Positions 35,661 to 49,512 of a DNA stretch of 64,000 bases are shown here, one piece after another (within the stretch, counting starts at the first letter, position 1; every line of letters starts with the position of its first letter). Source of the stretch: Lama guanicoe (lineage: Eukaryota); assembly GCA_013239625.1 (NCBI GenBank), contig MU053379.1:1842866-1906865 (forward strand), read 5' to 3'. A program made the translations under genes and the position numbers. The notes under the pieces were generated by a model. The model saw only the letters and a program-made list of their open reading frames with translations, was not told the origin of the DNA and searched no databases.

Positions 35661-37479
35661 GCCCGAGACCACCTCCATGCCCTGGCCGGCTCTGGACAGC
35701 CGGCCCTGGGAGGGTGGTTGAGGGGCGGGTAGCTGAGTCTGCAGTCTAGGGAGCGCTCACCTTGGCCTGCCCCTCGGTAAACAGACCAACGAACAAACAG
35801 AGGAAGGACGTCAGCCACTTTATCTTTTTCAAGTTTAGGTGTTCAGGCAGCCCCTGGAAACGGTTTTTAATGAAGGTCAGGAGAAATCCTGGAGTCTGGG
35901 ACTCGGTCGGGAATGGCTTCCTGGGCCCTTTGGCTACAAGCCGTTCAGCGGCGGCAGGACAGTGCGTTTCATTTCCCACGTGCACCTGCCACTGTGTAGG
36001 CTTCAGACTGCTTTGTGGCTTTTGAAAACACTTTTTATCATGAACTACTTTTGATAATGAGAAAACCCGTTGGATAAGATGGTGTTTATCATTGAACTAA
36101 CCCCGGAACTAACATAGGACGTTTTGTTTGATTTGCTTCAGATTTCATTTGAGAGAAAGCATTGCAAACAGTTGAAGCCGGTGTCGCTCATACCCACCCA
36201 GCCGTTCGCTCTCTCGAAGGTAATCCTGGCCTCACTTCGGGATGGTCCTCTCCGTCTTGGTCTGGACGAGGTGGGCGCCCCAGCCACTCAGCAGCGTTCG
36301 TGCACCACACGGACTGTCACCCATTTTGAGAACCCAGCTCAGGGGTCCCTGGGTTTTCTAAGATTTCTCCCCGGAGGAGCACCAGGATGGAGTTTCTCTT
36401 GGCTGTATTTTAAAGTGTGTGTCTGTGAGAGTCGGGAGGGAACGTCTCTGCCTCGTCCTGTAAGTGGATCTGACCTGCCTCCCTGACCCCGTTGGTTGCC
36501 CGCTGCGCCTCCCCGTTTCCCTCCCTCCTTGGAAGCCGGGGCAGAGCTGTGGGCCTGCGGGCAGGGCCTTGGGGTGCTGACGGCCTCTCCCCGTGGCCCT
36601 CATATCCCGACCTGGGCACTCTCAGGCCTGGGGTCATCTCTGGGAGCTTTGGGGTAGGATGAGGCCTGGGAAGGGCCTGGCCCCTCTCCCCAGAGGCTCA
36701 CAGAAGCCTGCCAGGCCTCAGACTGTTTAAACAGGCTCCCAGTGTGGCCGAGGGCTGTGGGGAGGCCATGTCTGAGTTACCCTGCTGTGTGTGGTTCTCG
36801 CCGACCACACACTTGGGCATCAGACGCCAGGCCTATTGCTTCCTCCCCCTGGGGGCTCCCCAAGACCAGTGGCCAACAGCCTCCCTCCAGTTTGCGTCCC
36901 CTGGGACTGGCCTGGGATGAAGGTTCCCGTTCCACCTTGGAGAGTGAGGTTAAGTAAGGGCATGTCTGGGCGATCACACTGGCGCTTCCGAGCTTCCTGA
37001 TATAGCGTCAAACCATTCGTTTGGCTGAAATTTCTATAATAGAACAATAAAATCCCTGAATTAAAGATTAGCAGCCTTTTTTAGAAGCTGACTCAGAACA
37101 AAATGGACATGAGCCCAGCCCAGCGGCTTGTCCATCCCAGCCAAGGCCGAGTGCACAGGGCCAGCCCGGGCTCCCCAGCCCTGAGCCTGCAGTGGGCTCG
37201 CAGGGGCTCACGCTGTTGGAACTGGGGATGCTGGGCTGGGGAGGGGAGGAGACCAGGCTGCAGACCAGTGGGTCAGGTCCTGCTGGAAGGAGCGTGCATG
37301 GGGCTGGGGTCCAGGCGCTCAGGCTGGACCGTCACTACCTGGGCACTGGGAGTACCCGCCTTGCCTCGGGGCCACTGAGAGAACCAGAAGGCAAGGAACA
37401 CACACGTTTTACAGCAGTAAAGTACTTCTGGGTGGCACTGGGGATGCGACCCAGGGTCCCACAGACCTGGAGAGGAGTC

Positions 37480-37655
37480 CTGCTCTGACGCCCACGGGCT
37501 CTGGGCCCTGGACCAGTCATTGAACCTCTCCCAGCCTTGGTTTCCTCCCCTGTGAAATAGGGCTGATTCATGGCACAGACAGAGAGGGCTGTGGGAAGAG
37601 CCCCTGGGATCAGGCGTGGAAAGCACTTAGCGCACAGCAGGTGCTCAGCTGTGAG
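37480..37655 (+). mobile_element. MIR SINE
   Basis: ccctggaccagtcattgaacctctcccagccttggtttcctcccctgtgaaataggg...aagcacttagcgcacagcaggtgctcag. Confidence 0.65.
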
Positions 37656-38599
37656 GACGCCCGCCGCGCGCGCAGGGCTGTCGCACGCACAGCCCCAGGT
37701 GGCCGTGACCGGGAGACCGGTTACTGTTCGTGCACCGAAGAGGGCATGGGGACTTCTGTGGGCAGAGAGTAAAATCCGTCTCACGTGTACTAATGTTACA
37801 ACACCTGGGTGGCACGTGGGAGAGGCTTCATGTTCGAAGTATGCGCAAGCGGCCTGTCAGTGTCGGCTGCGCCTCCCAGCGGCGCTCCCTCGGGGCCTGG
37901 GACTCCCGTTGCGCTGCAGTCTTGTTGACTGCCCTGGCAAAGCCCGGGGGAAAATCAGCAATAATGGGGACTTTGGTCTTAAGCCTGAGTATGCCAGGCT
38001 GGGTGTCCAGGATGGATACCAGCGGATGGAGGACGAGGAGGAGAAGGGCCGTGAGAAGGTGGGGAAGCTGGACTTGATCTGTGCCCAGTTCTCGCCTCTC
38101 TCCCCACTGTGAGTCTGCTCATCCATGGGGAGGTGCTCCGTGTGCCCTGGGCAGCCGTCTCTCCAGATTCCAGAAACAGAAAGTTTCCCATGCCTGCACC
38201 CCCTTAACCGCAAATACTAGACCAATTTATTAAATTAAATTATAATTTAATACTGAATTTAAAAGAAGGAAAGTTGAAACAGCAGGACCCAGCCCTCTGC
38301 CAGGTGTTTTTATCACTGACCCTAGTTTCATGCAGAACGTTGGCCTCTTTGCAGGAATCATTTTGTGTTGGTGGCTCCCAGAGGATGCTTCCGTCAGTGG
38401 GGTCCAGGGCACACAGTGTGGTGCCTGGTGGCCCTGCTCCGCGCTTTCCCGGGGAACACGGTCTCTCAGTCGTAGTCGCCATGAATCTAGAGTTACTGTC
38501 TTTTCAGTGCTGTGTCACTGTGCTTGTCACTGTGTCAACACAGTGTTATGTGTCGTTTCCTCTCTCCCCATCCAGTCTCAAGAAGCTTGCCTTTGGGTA

Positions 38600-39200
38600 C
38601 TTTTTCCCCCCACTCCAGCATTGTACCATGAAACTTTGCAAACACACAGAAAAGCTGAAAGACTTTTACAGTGAACACCCCGAAGTTCTATAAGTTCCAT
38701 TTCACTCTTATCATATGTTTATCATCTGTCCCACCCTGTACGCCTCCATCAGCCCATCCTCTTTTCTTTTAGTGGAGTTCAGAGTAACTTGCAGAAGTAA
38801 GGACACTCCGTCTCACATAGTTTAGCATGTGTGCCATTAACTAGAGTTTATGATTTATTTACCCCTCTTTGGGGGTAACATTTATACACAATGACATGTG
38901 CAGGTCTTAAGTGTGCCGTCCATGAGTGCCGACAAACGTGTGCTCAGTGCCAGCTTCCATCAAGATACAGGACATCCCATTATTCCAGGACGCTCCCTCG
39001 TGCCCCTTTCAGGGAATCTCCAGCTCAGCCCACCCCACACAACCACGCTTCTGATTTCCATCACCACAGATTAGTTTGTGCCTGTTCTGGAACCTTCTGT
39101 ACACGAGCCATACACTGTGTGCTCTTTGATGTAAGGCTCCTTCAGAAGCGTGCTGGTTTTGAGATTCATCCACGTTTTTGTGTGCAGATGCATCCTTGAC
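38600..39200 (-). mobile_element. Old L1M (L1MC/ME-like) 3' fragments
   Basis: caaacacacagaaaagctgaaagacttttacagtgaacaccc; tcttaagtgtgc...catcaagatacaggacat...ttttgagattcatccacgt. Confidence 0.65.
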
Positions 39201-39749
39201 TGCGCACCCACACCCACACACAAAGGGCCTTGTGGATTTTGGTCACTTTTCTTAGATACTTATTTTAGGTCAACTTTCAAAGAGACCTTGGTAATGTCTG
39301 GCAAATTAGTAAGAGCTTCAGTTGGACACAGAAGGTTAGTTATAGACCGGGCCAGTCAGCCCTAATGTCCCCTCTCACTTCCCTCTGTAGCAGAACCATG
39401 AACTGGACTCAGGAACCTTGTGGCTGGAGGAAGGGAAGGGGAGGAAGAAGGAGGGGAGGGGGGAGGGGGCAGTTATTCCGTTTTAACAGGAGGTGGGAGA
39501 AGAAGAGCCGTGAAGTTGTAGAAAACGGTCTGATTCATTGAGTAAACAGCCATGCGCCTTGTGCTGTGGCAGCCACTTCCGTGGCCCGTGTGGCGTTCTT
39601 CCCCACCGGAGCTGGGCACGCTTCTCGTCACAAACACAGCATCAGAGAGGGAAAGGCATTCTGTCTCTAAGCACCTGCACTGGGAACTAGATGCCTGCTT
39701 AGGGAAGTGGGGACCAGCCCGCACTAAGGTGGGAACTCTGTGTGTGGTG

Positions 39750-39805
39750 GTGTGTGCGTGTGTGTGCGTGTGCGTGTGCGTGTGCGTGTGCGTGCACGCG
39801 TGTGT
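39750..39805. repeat. (GTGTGC)n microsatellite
   Basis: gtgtgtgcgtgtgtgtgcgtgtgcgtgtgcgtgtgcgtgtgcgtgcacgcgtgtgt. Confidence 0.9.
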
Positions 39806-40012
39806 CTTTGGAAGGGGCCGGCTCCGTGTTTTCCCAGACCAGCTCTGTCCTGGCAGGCGCCTTTGTTGGCATAGATGTTCATTTGATTTTTTGTGTTCCT
39901 TGTTTACTTGTCAGCTCATGAGTTGACTTGGAGTAGGGCCTTTGAGATGTACACATGACGACACAATGGTGGCACTCTGGGCAATCATCAGTTTCTTACT
40001 GTGACCATCAAG

Positions 40013-40450
40013 TATCTTGACTCAGTTTTGGTTCCCTGAAAAGTGGATGCTGAGATGAGGGTGTGGGTAAAGGTAGCTTGCTGGGGAGATGAGCCTGGGA
40101 AACGCCTGGGAGCAGAGGAGGTGACACAGGGGAGAGCGGGCCAGGTAGCCAGTGCCTGGGATGTCATGAGCTAGTTGCCGCTGCAGGCAGGGGGCTTAAT
40201 GACCTGGAAGAGAGTATGGAAGACACCTTGCTGGCGGGTTCTCCTGCCCAGGGGTGAGGGAGCTGGGGTATGGATACACCAGCTTCCATCAGTAACCGGT
40301 GGCGGGCTGTCCCCAGGGGCTGGGATGCCTGGCACATCTGGCCTGGCCCTCCCACAGGGGGAACAGCGCAAGTGTGCAGAGACCACCCCGGGGAAGGAGG
40401 GCAGGCATGAGGAATTGGAAGGGGGCCAGTGTGCATCTGAGAGCTAAGGA
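40013..40450 (-). mobile_element. LTR33-like ERVL LTR
   Basis: ggttccctgaaaagtggatgctgagatgagg...aggggtgagggagctggggtatggatacaccagcttccatcagt. Confidence 0.65.
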
Positions 40451-41539
40451 GAGGGAAGGCCAGTGGGGCGGCAACAGCGATTGCTAAACACCTCCTTCCT
40501 CCTTTCCAGCGACTCGGTTCTGTGTTGTTGAACGGTTTGGCAAGCTCACGCTAACCCGGGAAGAGCACGCAGTGGCCCTCTGCCCCTCCTCCGTGTGTGC
40601 GTGGCTTTGTCTGGCTAGGCGAATGCACTTGGACTCGCCCTGTTAGTCTTCACCGTATCGTCATATGTTTGTACGAGCGCTGACAGCTCGCCAGGCCCTC
40701 CTGCCACAGGCAGCAGCTTGGGTGGACGGAGCAGAGGAGGCCCTTCAGTCCGGGCCCGGGAGTGGAGGGCTTTTATCAAAGCCAGGAGACATCCCTTCCT
40801 TCCTCACTCATCTGACTGGCCCTGCCTGTGCAGTCGGGGGACCGCAGGGGAGCTCGGGACGTGTCAAAACTGAGAAAAGGGGAAACCACAAAACTCCTGC
40901 CTAAGCTTCTTCTGCAAGAAAATAGAGCCTTTGCTCACCACACAGGCCTCTTCCCTTTGCAGTTAAGTCAGAGTTTCTCTGCAAGGATTGCTGGGGCCTG
41001 AGGTCTGGAACTTAAGGAAACTTAGGGACAAGACTGAATTTGTACCCTGAATTGAAATTGGGAAATTCGATGTCAGTGCACACATGTGGCCCGTCCTTCA
41101 CTCTCTGCCATATGTACTATTTTAGGAGCAGTCCCTGGCTTTTCTGGCTGCAAAGTCAAAAGCCAATGTCCCATGTCCTCAAGGAACTGTTTCATCCCTC
41201 ACTGGGCTCCACCTGGTACCCTGGAATCCGTATTTTGCACAAAATCATCTCTCTGAGGGATGCGAGATGTTTAAAGTGGGGAACCTGTAGCCTGGTATTC
41301 AGGTCCTCCATGCTTTCATATTTCTAGAGGCCCCCCAGAGGTGGGACTTCTAAAGACATATATCCAACTGAGTGATGGTCTTCAGCTCAGAGCCTGCACA
41401 ATGGGAGGTAATTCCCACCTGGAATCTGAGGCGTCTTGGTCCCTCAAAGGCTGAGAAATGCTGTTTGCAGCCCCTGAGGAAGGACTGTGCCTTGTAGTGC
41501 TTTGAAACATGCCCGCAAGGGCTCTGATCCTTCTCTCAA

Positions 41540-41965
41540 CGTGAAATGGGCTCTCATTCTCCTCCTCTTGAGTATGACTGGCTTTCGTGACTCACTTCTA
41601 CCCGACGGACTGTGGCAGAAGTTCTGTGATTGCCAAGCTGGGTCCCCGTCGGGCTGTGCAGCTTCCACCCAGCTCTCTAGGGGGGCTGCCCTTGGAACCC
41701 GACCACCACGCTGGGAGGAAGCCAGGCGTCCCGGAAGGCCACGTGCAGGGGCCCCTTGCTGATGGCAGACAGCCAGTGTCGATGACCAGGCACATGAATA
41801 GAGACACCGTCTAGGTGACCCCAGCCCCTGCCGCCATCAGGCTGCAGCCACATGGGACCCCGAGAACCTCCCAGCTGAGCCCAGTCACCCCAGAAGTAGG
41901 AGAGGCAGTAGTAAGTGGTGGCTGCTGTTTGAGCTGCCAGTTCGGCTGGTTTGCCACGTACCCAT
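41540..41965 (+). mobile_element. MLT1G/H-like MaLR LTR
   Basis: gtgactcacttcta...gtggcagaag...ggaacccgaccaccacgctgggaggaagcca...cccagctgagcccagtcaccccagaa. Confidence 0.7.
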
Positions 41966-44900
41966 GGCGACGAGTCCACACACACACGCTTGGGCGATCC
42001 GCTGAAGGGTTCCTGGGCCAGCAGGGCTCCCTGCTGTTCCTCGCTCACTTCTTTGTTCTGCTGCAGTGGCTCACTGCTCGCTCCCAGGATCAGCGTCCTG
42101 GGGGAAGAGACAAGGACGGGCATGTTTCTCGGGCTCTCGGAGTCTCCACTGGCTGCCAGCTTGGAGACCCGGAGGCGGCGTGAGGTTTCCAGCCGCTTCG
42201 ACCTCAGCAGGCATGGGGATGAGCTGCCACCTTGGTCCGTCCAGACGGGGTCACGGTGGGGGAGGCCGCCCTCCACATGGTGCCCGTGCTCTGGGCTCCT
42301 GGGCCTGGTTCTGCACCCCTAACTAGCTTTTTTGGGGTGACCTCCACAATCTGGCCTCCGCCTGGGGAAGTAGCCGGCTAGGGGGTGCACTGCAGTGCGG
42401 CTCCCCCTCCCCTCCCAGGGCTTCAGCCCCGTGCAGGGCGGGCCGGTCCCCGAGTGCCCAGCCGGCCAACTTCTGTCTCACTTTCTCCCCTGCATCTCTC
42501 CTGGTCCCACCCAGGAATGGCTCCCCCAAGTTTCCATGTCTTGGGGAGAAATGTGAAAACGCACGGGAGAGAACTCTGAAAATTTTGCAGAGGTGTTGCA
42601 AAAATGGAAGGTACTGTTAAGGGATTTATAAACAGTTACTGGGTTGGGCAGGAGCCGGGCACCTACGTGCCCATTTTATCTTTGCTAAAAACCGTAAGTT
42701 AGAGTCATAAACGCTCAACCCTCAGAGCCTCTAAACAATCATGTGGCCCGGCAGCCCGCGCGATGCCCGAGTCCGCGTTGCAGCATCGCCTGGAAGTGGT
42801 CCTTGGAAAGCGGTCATGTCCTCCGATGTCCTCGGTGCCGGGCGCTCACTCTCCGCCTCCTGTTAGAGGCCTTTCATTCCTGGGGAACTGGGATTATTAA
42901 ACATAGCTTCCCTGCGCTAAACCAGAGTGGCCGTCCTTGTAGTCATTCCGAGGTCTGCCAGGTAAGTCCCGCTCCTTTTCTGAACGGCCACCTTCACGGT
43001 CAGCTTAAGGTCTTCCTGGTTTGGCTTCCCTCTTTTCAGTGTTTCACCCCCACCCCCTACCCCCCAGGGGACATGGTTTAGAGGACCCCCCACCCCGTTC
43101 CTGGTTACCTTCCGGGCCAAATGTTACCTCCTCTTCAACTCTTAAAAATCGGCCCCGTTACGACGTTTTGAACAGCACGTGAAGCTGGACCAGTTTCAGC
43201 CCTACTCAGCTGTTAGATGTAACTCTTTCAAATGCTAAGTCCAGAACTGGGATTCAAAGCCTAGGTCCTTTCCAGGGACAAGGCAGAGGGACCGGGCATC
43301 TGTCGAGTGTCTCCTTGGGGTCAGGGTTGGGCTCAGTGCTCTGCCTGCAGCGTCTCTAAGTTTACTAACATGCCCGTGAGTCAGGCCTTCCTTGAGCACC
43401 TTGGGAGGAGCTGGAGTGAGAACCCGGCCGTGCCCAGCTGCCCCGGCCCACTCCGGCTCCTCCCTGGCCAAACTCCAGGCAGGAATGCTGACTTCCACAA
43501 GGGCTGGTCCTTGCCTGCAGGTGAAACCCCTGTGTGGGCGGGCACCAAGGCTGTTTTGTTCGCTGTGATACCCCCCGGGGCTAGGTAATACCCAGAGCTT
43601 CTCAAACATTTGTTCATGTTAAATCTTTGTTGAACAAATGATTGAGTGAATGAATGAAGCCCTGTAACTTCTCTGTGACAGTTGTTTTTGGTTTTCCTAT
43701 GTTTTATTCTGAAACAACAAAAATTTAAAAGCTCTAAGGGGAAAGGTAAATTCCAACATACTTACTCTGGGAATTAATAAATGCTAACGTTTTTTATTCG
43801 CTTCTCGCCTTTGTCCATTTGTGAGAAAGACAGCCTTGCAGTCAGGTGGCCGTCCCCTTGACTTCCCTCCTCGGATCTTCCACCTTCCGAAACAGCCATC
43901 GGCCTTAATTTGGGAGCTGGTTGGCCCATGTTAAATCTTTTGTCTCAAGTATTTGTGATGTTTGGTGAGCTTTCAAATTTACATAAATGCTATTTTACCA
44001 TCCTAATATTCTGCGATGTTCTCGCACCCAGACATTCTGGGGACTCTGTGTGTCCTCGTTAGTTTATTCCTACAGTCTGCTGTCTTGTTTCCCATCGGAC
44101 GACTGTGTCGCCGCCATCAACGTATCCACTCCCCAGGAATCCATCTGAGCGTTGTTTTCAGTTCTCTGCTGTGGGTAATTAATACTCTTCTCAGCCTGAG
44201 TTTTCAGACAAGGGACGGACCTTGGAGCCAGCTTTTGAATGACCCATCTAAGGTGACACAGCTCTCACAGGTAGGAGACCCAGAAGATGAGCCGACGGCC
44301 CGCGCCTTCTGTCCCGGGCAGTGGCCTCTCTGCTCCCTGCTGTCTCCCTTCAGGGAAGGAGACAGGCTGGAGGAAATGCTGGGGGCTTTATCTTCTAGAA
44401 GCTCTGGGGAGAAAATGACCATTTTTAGGGACTAGTGTAAATGGTTGATGCTGGATGAGGTCACCCTCCGTGCTTGAAGGCAGAGAACAGACCCGTGTGT
44501 GGCCGGAGGGTCGCCCCCGACGCAGAGTCTTGTCTGTTGCCCTCCTGGGTGGCTTCGTGGGCAGACGACAGGACGAGTGTTAGGACCGCCTGGAAGCTGC
44601 CCGCACCTCACAGAAGCAGCAAGGGGCCCTGGTGACGTCTCCTAGCTCTGAGGGTCCCTGCCGGGTGGGACCCCTTCTGTCTTGGGGATCCCCATCCTTT
44701 TTTTGCATTTCAACTGAATAGTGTGTCATTGGAGAGCAGACTTCGAAACCAGTTAACGTAAAAAAGAGACTAATCATTTCTCTTTAAAAATAAGGGCTTG
44801 GAAAACATTAAGTTTTACAAATTTACCAAAAGATGGTCGGAGTTCTGAGACAATAAAGAACTTCTTTTCCCTTCTCGAGGTGGCACCCGGCCTTCTCGCC

Positions 44901-46620
44901 CCCTGGCTCTGCTGCCTGCTTTGGAGAGGCCCCGGGGCTCTTCTCATAAGTTGCCGGGGCTTCAGTTTCCTCGTCTTTCAAAGCAGATGGTGTAGATAAG
45001 CATCTCACTGCCCAGCCAAATGGACTGGGAATTGTGAGCCTCGGGCCGTCCCTCACAGGGGCCCTCCCAGGACCTTCTAGCTAATTGTTATTCACAATCG
45101 GATATGCTTATAGATTGTGTCCCCCAGGTTATGTAAGCCTCGGCCTCAGAAGCCGCAGGCCCCCATCCTTGCACAGAAGGCTGTCGTGAAGCTGCCGTGC
45201 TGCACAATTAGTGCGCAGTAATTGTTGTAAACGGTTGTTAGGATGACTGTTTAATGAAGAGCGTGCGCCACGCGGGTAACCCCCTGCCTGGAACCCGGGG
45301 TGGGGGATGGTCTCAGTTGGTGGCAGCTTTGGTTACTCTGTTCTCAAGTTCTGCAGAGCTCCCGTGTCCCAGGGTCTCCACCTTCAGGGGTGGTGGGAGA
45401 AGGACCAGAGGTCCCCGTCTCCCTCTGCCGCCGCTGTGGCAGATTTCTCTGTGATACAGCAGATTGAGATCCCTGAATTCCTTGAGGGTTTCTCTCCATC
45501 TCTCAAAAATTGCAGAATATTAGGATTCCTGTCTGTTTCTTCCTCCTCTGTTCTCCATCCTCTGGCTCCCCTGAATGGCCCAGCTGACCCCATGCCCTGC
45601 GGGGAGGCAGACAGTCAGCTAGGAAGGGACCCCAAGAGGCTGCGTGTCATCTCCTGTGCTTTTTCCTCTTCTTAAGAGACCTTGAGTAGAAATACCCCTC
45701 TGCTAAGAGCAAATGGCAAACACTTTATGGGGGAATGTTTATAGGAGAACACCAATTACCAAGCAAAAGCTGAGAAAAAGAGCGTTTTGGGGGAGGATGG
45801 GGTTGTGGAGGCGGGGGCCCCAGGGAGGACAAGCTTATTTGTGGGCCTTCTCAGCGGCTTGGCTTCTTAAATCATCCACACCCTGAACACTTGGACCGGG
45901 ACCTTTGGGCCCTGACCGAAGTGTAAGGCCTGATGAGTTATTTTTCTCTTTCCTACTTGAATGTGGGGTGACAGTTGTGTTTCTAAATTTAACTCTTCCT
46001 GTTTTGGCTGCTTGCAGTATTTGCTCACGGAAGACTCGTGTGGGATCATAGCCGCTCTCCTCGGGGGACCTCGGGGGCACAGCACTGCCAGGGGCTGTAA
46101 CCTCCCTGGGGAAGCAGCCTGGGAGGGCGTCCCAGGGGCCTGGGAGTTAGTGGCTCTTGGATGGCACCTTTCTTTCTCTGCGATGGTACATGTGTATCAT
46201 ATATGTATGTGTGTGTGTACATACATTCCCCACCCCCCTGGTCAGTTCCCTTGGCGTTCTGTTACTCAGCTACCCCAGGGCACCCCTTTTTCTTAGAACG
46301 TCCCAAACGCTGCCTCTTTCATGAGGAAGTAAGAAACCTGGTTGTTCTCTCTGTGTAATTCTGAAAGCCATTTATAGACTCTCCATCCAGTTTCTCACCT
46401 CTCTGAACACCTTCTCAGCATACACCAAGCCCTGGGTAGCCAGCGTGTTTGTGATGGAGGCACCTGAACCCCAGGGAGGGTGAGGATTTGTCCCAGGTGA
46501 CGCGGCAGGTGAAGAGCGGACGCCTCCATCCTTGGCCCAGCTGGGCTGTTGGCGCCTGGCGTGTTTACACTCGGATGGCTCATGGGGGTGAGATCTGGTT
46601 CTGCCAAGGACTGGAGATTG

Positions 46621-46664
46621 GGTTGGGGGTCAGAGGAAGGTTGGGGGTCAGAGGAAGGCTGGGG
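46621..46664. repeat. 18-bp tandem repeat (2.4 copies)
   Basis: ggttgggggtcagaggaa twice, plus ggctgggg. Confidence 0.9.
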
Positions 46665-47439
46665 ATTCTGGGCCAAATTGCGGGGAAGGATTTAAAAGAC
46701 AGTTTGGTGTAGAAATGGCCAGAAACTGGGATTCTGTAGACTAGATTTTGGTCGTGGCCTTTCTGTTAATCAGTTAGATGGGAACTTCAGTCCCCTCCTC
46801 TCCAAATGGGGATGTGAACCACATCACTGGGGTCATATTTGCAGTCATGCCTAATGCTGTCATGTGTGAAATAAACACTCCGTCAGTGGTCACTGGGCTC
46901 TGAGCCCCGGATTCTCTGAGTATGACATGCACGGAGTAGACCAGGTGTTCTTCGCGGCGCCTCCTGGCGCCGAAATTGAATGACCCTATTAAGTCATATA
47001 GATGGAGGGCTTCCATAGATGAGGAAAGACAGGCCCTCGGGGAGCAAGGCGTCTTGTTTGTGAGGCTCTCTGCAGAGGAGTGTTCGCCCCAGGAGACCCC
47101 CCACGAGGGCAGGTATTGATTTAGCAGTTCCTGTGATCACGGCGATCACACAGGCCGTGGCACAGATGCTTGGGGATGAATGAGTGCACAGCATCCCTGT
47201 CTTTGTGGGACACGAGAGCCCCACGTCAGTAGTGGTCCACGGAGACGGGGTGGGGCGGTGGGGGGGCCGCGCTCTTGGTGAGGGACTGACTTCAGCTGTG
47301 AGTTCTCCCACTCTGGGATTCACTGAGCTACTTTAAATAAAACAAATAGTAGCACTTGCCCGAAAAGTCGGTGCAGCATGAAAATGTGTCCATTTTTCAG
47401 CAGTCTGGCCCGACTTGGGAAATAAAACTAGGCGGAGGG

Positions 47440-47670
47440 GCTTCCACGAGCCCCTAAGCGTAGGAAATGCGCATCCTCTTCTTGGAGAGATCTGACACTT
47501 TGACGTCAAAGCCTCTGAGAACTGCAGAAAGAAACCTGTTTGAACGTGTTTAAGCCCACCGTTCCCAAACCAATTGGGTAACAGAACCCCTTTCCGGTAA
47601 GTATTGTGTACTTGCCTGGAATATGGAATTCGGGAAAACATAACAAAACAAAACACTTGGGGAAGTGCCC
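47440..47670. mobile_element. hAT-Charlie MITE (MER112-like)
   Basis: gtttaagcccaccgttcccaaaccaattgggtaacagaacccctt...acacttggggaagtgc. Confidence 0.4.
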
Positions 47671-48492
47671 AGGTGAATGCAAATGATGTTGAAAATTGTG
47701 CTTTTTATTCAAGACAAACAATTCCAGCTGTTTTCCAAATCAGATGTGGTCCTCTGAAACATCTCATTCTGGGCAACCAACTACAATTTTAGAGGTGCTT
47801 CCCTTTAGTGCCCCGGGAACCTCTGAACCAGTCGGGACATCGGTGGCGGTGCCCAAGCGAGTCTGGTGTGCCTAACTAACTCAGCAGGGGAACATTTGCA
47901 TTTCTCTTGTGCCTGATTTTAATGGAGACAAAGAAACTTTGAAAGTGAAATTTCATCATCTTTAGTCGTCATTGTGGACCTAATGTCTGCATGACACAGA
48001 GGTCCCTCCACAGGGGTATGAAGAGGGACCTTGGGAAGTGGAGCAGGTTGAGGGTGGCTGAACGCCATGGCCAGGTCCGTCCTCTCCCCGACAACCTGGC
48101 CGTTGTTTAAGCTGTGGATGGATGGTGTTAAGCGTGTTTTACTTCCATGCTGTGAGGTTTTCTGATGGACAAATAAAGAACTGCTTTGAAAGGAGAAGAT
48201 CTCTTCGAGGCGTGTTGGCCAAGCTCAGTGTTCCCAACTCCTTGCCTTTCTGTGTCTCCAGCTCCACGGCTGTCAGTATCGCCCCAGTCACCCTTGCCAA
48301 AAGAAAAGCTCCTGCTTAGACTGGGAGTGGCTTCATTTTGAAATTGCAAAAGACTAAAGACACTTTCATTTTCTTAGGCATTTTGAGAGTCCAGAAATCA
48401 GACCTTGAGTCGGGCTTTGCAGTCCCCAGACCACCAGCTGGGGCGGGGGTTGGGGGGCGACATCTAAGGTGTCTTCCAAAAGCAGATGTTGG

Positions 48493-48680
48493 AAAACTAA
48501 ACAACAGGTCCTACTGTAGAGCCCAGGGAACTACATTCAATATCTTGTAACAACCTATGGTGGAAAAGAATCTGAAAAAGAATATTTATATGTAAATATG
48601 TAACTGAATCACTGTGCTGTACACCAGAAACTAACACAACATTGTAAATCAACTACACTTGAATAAAATAAAAACAAAAA
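48493..48680 (+). mobile_element. L1 3'-end insertion with perfect 16-bp TSD
   Basis: TSD caaaagcagatgttgg at 48477-48492 and 48681-48696. Body aacaacaggtcctactgtagagcccagggaactac...aatcaactacacttgaataaaataaaaac. Confidence 0.9.
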
Positions 48681-49344
48681 CAAAAGCAGATGTTGGCACC
48701 CACGTTGGCTGAGGGCTTGTTGGGGTAGACTCTTTTGCTTGATGCGCCCGGCAAGCCTTTATTGAGCTTTTTTTTTTTTTTTAATTAAAATGTCTGACAT
48801 CAGACATGTGTTGTTTGCGGCACGGGGTGGAGAAATACTACACCGGGCGGCAGGAGGGGCTTTGTTTCATTGTTAAGGAGCCTGTATTATGACCTAAGTC
48901 CCTCGTTTTTCTGGTATCATCTAGAAATCTTTTTGAGCCTTGATCATCTAGGAATTCAACAAATGTTTGTTGGATACGGTTGACTCAACTCACTGAAACA
49001 TCGTTTCAAATGCCGGACCATTTAAAAAGGTGATAAGCATTTGATTGCTATCTTTCTAGAGTAAATGCTATACATTCTTGCCTCCTGAGATGTAATGAAC
49101 TGAACATAGGTTGGACTGTCTCCTGATAAATCAAAGGCCCTCCTTTGGTTGAGGAAAGAACTTAAAATACAGATGCTACAGTTTTCTAGCTGCAGAATTT
49201 GATCGGATTTCCTCATCTTGGGGGCTGTCCGCTTCCTCTGTCCCTGTCCGTGGAGGGGCGGTGCCTGACGGGTGGCACTGCTAGTGTATTGAATTCACTC
49301 ATGTGAGTGAAGCGGCTGACCAGGTGGCTGGCCCAGTCTCTAGT

Positions 49345-49512
49345 CTTTTGTTTCTCAAAGTGAAGCCCAGGGACCAGTGCAGCAGCTTCAGCATCTCTCG
49401 GGAGCTAGTTAGAGAATGCAGAACCTCACGCCCACCCAGACCCGCTGACGCAGGGTCTGATGATCACAGCCCCCCAGGTGATTCTGCGCACGTTCAAGTT
49501 TGAGAAGCCCAG
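49345..49512. mobile_element. MER5A-like MITE
   Basis: tttctcaaagtg...cagcatctctcgggagctagttagagaatgcaga...ccaggtgattctgcgcacgttcaagtttgagaagc. Confidence 0.8.

Noticed and set aside
42867..42967. Perfect donor CAG|GTAAGT at 42962 as a cassette exon
   Set aside because: The two most plausible acceptors are weak and give 19- or 95-nt exons that break the frame.
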